A stretch of 64,000 bases of DNA from Octopus sinensis (taxonomy: Eukaryota), in assembly GCF_006345805.1 (NCBI RefSeq), contig NC_042997.1:167896001-167960000 (forward strand), given 5' to 3'. Below, one piece after another: positions 63,357-64,000 of this stretch. Position 1 is the first letter of the stretch. Every line of letters begins with the position of its first letter. The notes below the pieces were generated by a model. It was given only the letters and a program-made list of their open reading frames with translations. It ran no database searches and was not told the origin of the DNA. A program made the position numbers and the translations under genes.

Positions 63357-63404
63357 GTCTCTGATAAAGGGATATATAGAATATCCTGGAAACAGCTGTA
63401 AGAC
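63357..63404 (+). ncRNA. Minimal type I hammerhead ribozyme-like motif (Penelope-type), G8 mutated
   Basis: gtct-CTGATAA-a-gggatat/atatcct-g-GAAA-cagctg-TA-agac. Confidence 0.65.
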
Positions 63405-63487
63405 CTTCTCTTTATAAATGTTCTGAAATCTTTCACAGCCTTGGATTTTTTTATCTTATTCTGTAAATATTATATATATATATATAT

Positions 63488-63519
<32 letters not shown>

Positions 63520-64000
63520 ATATACAGAGAAAGAGGGTGAGACAGAGAGACTGAGATGTGTGTGTGTTTGGTACATCTCTCTCTCTCCTGCTCCCTCTCC
63601 TTCTCCTCCCTCTCTCTCTCTGAATTGGCCAAAGCCTTGTGAATGGGTTTAGTAGACCGAAACAGATAAAAGCCAGACGTATATATGTGTGTGTGTATGT
63701 TTGTATGTATGTATAAGAATACAAACCCACCTTTCATCACCAGTGCTTCTTTTTCTTGTCTTTTCTCTTGAAGTTGTTCTTATTTTCATTGTTTGGAATT
63801 TCTTTCGTTCTTTCGTTTTGTTTTTTTTTATCACCCTAGGGGATTCATTGAAAAGCTTTTTTCATTTACTTTTTTTGTTTCTTTTAAAGTTATTTACAGT
63901 AAACCATCATATCTTTCTCCTCATCTGACTTGAAATTTCCAGTTAACATCTTAACCAAAGTAAATTGATGGCTCATCTATGTAGTTTGATCCTAACATGG

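Overview
AT-rich animal genomic DNA, most likely an octopus (inferred from its SINE/RTE repeat families and dense TA/CA/CAT microsatellites). The whole window lies inside one + strand gene, an axonemal inner-arm dynein heavy chain most similar to DNAH3. I traced 32 GT-AG exons (89..62175, 4605 nt, 1535 codons) with consistent phases, covering AAA4, the stalk and microtubule-binding domain, AAA5, AAA6 and the start of the C-terminal domain. The start and stop codons lie outside the window. The introns hold a nearly full-length, frameshifted RTE-clade LINE on the minus strand, nested in a SINE's (TA)n tract. They also hold about 10 truncated copies of its 3' tail, at least three tRNA-derived SINE families, mariner/Tc1, hAT, pogo-like and piggyBac-like DNA elements, CR1 3' ends, Penelope-like remnants and a foldback element. 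The most notable observations are Penelope-type minimal hammerhead ribozyme motifs, a PHD-like C4HC3 finger inside the RTE ORF, a variable-loop hairpin array in the RTE 3' UTR, and a promoter-like YY1/ETS/CCAAT/GC cluster in its 5' UTR. Family assignments and orthologue comparisons come from recalled motifs, not from searches.
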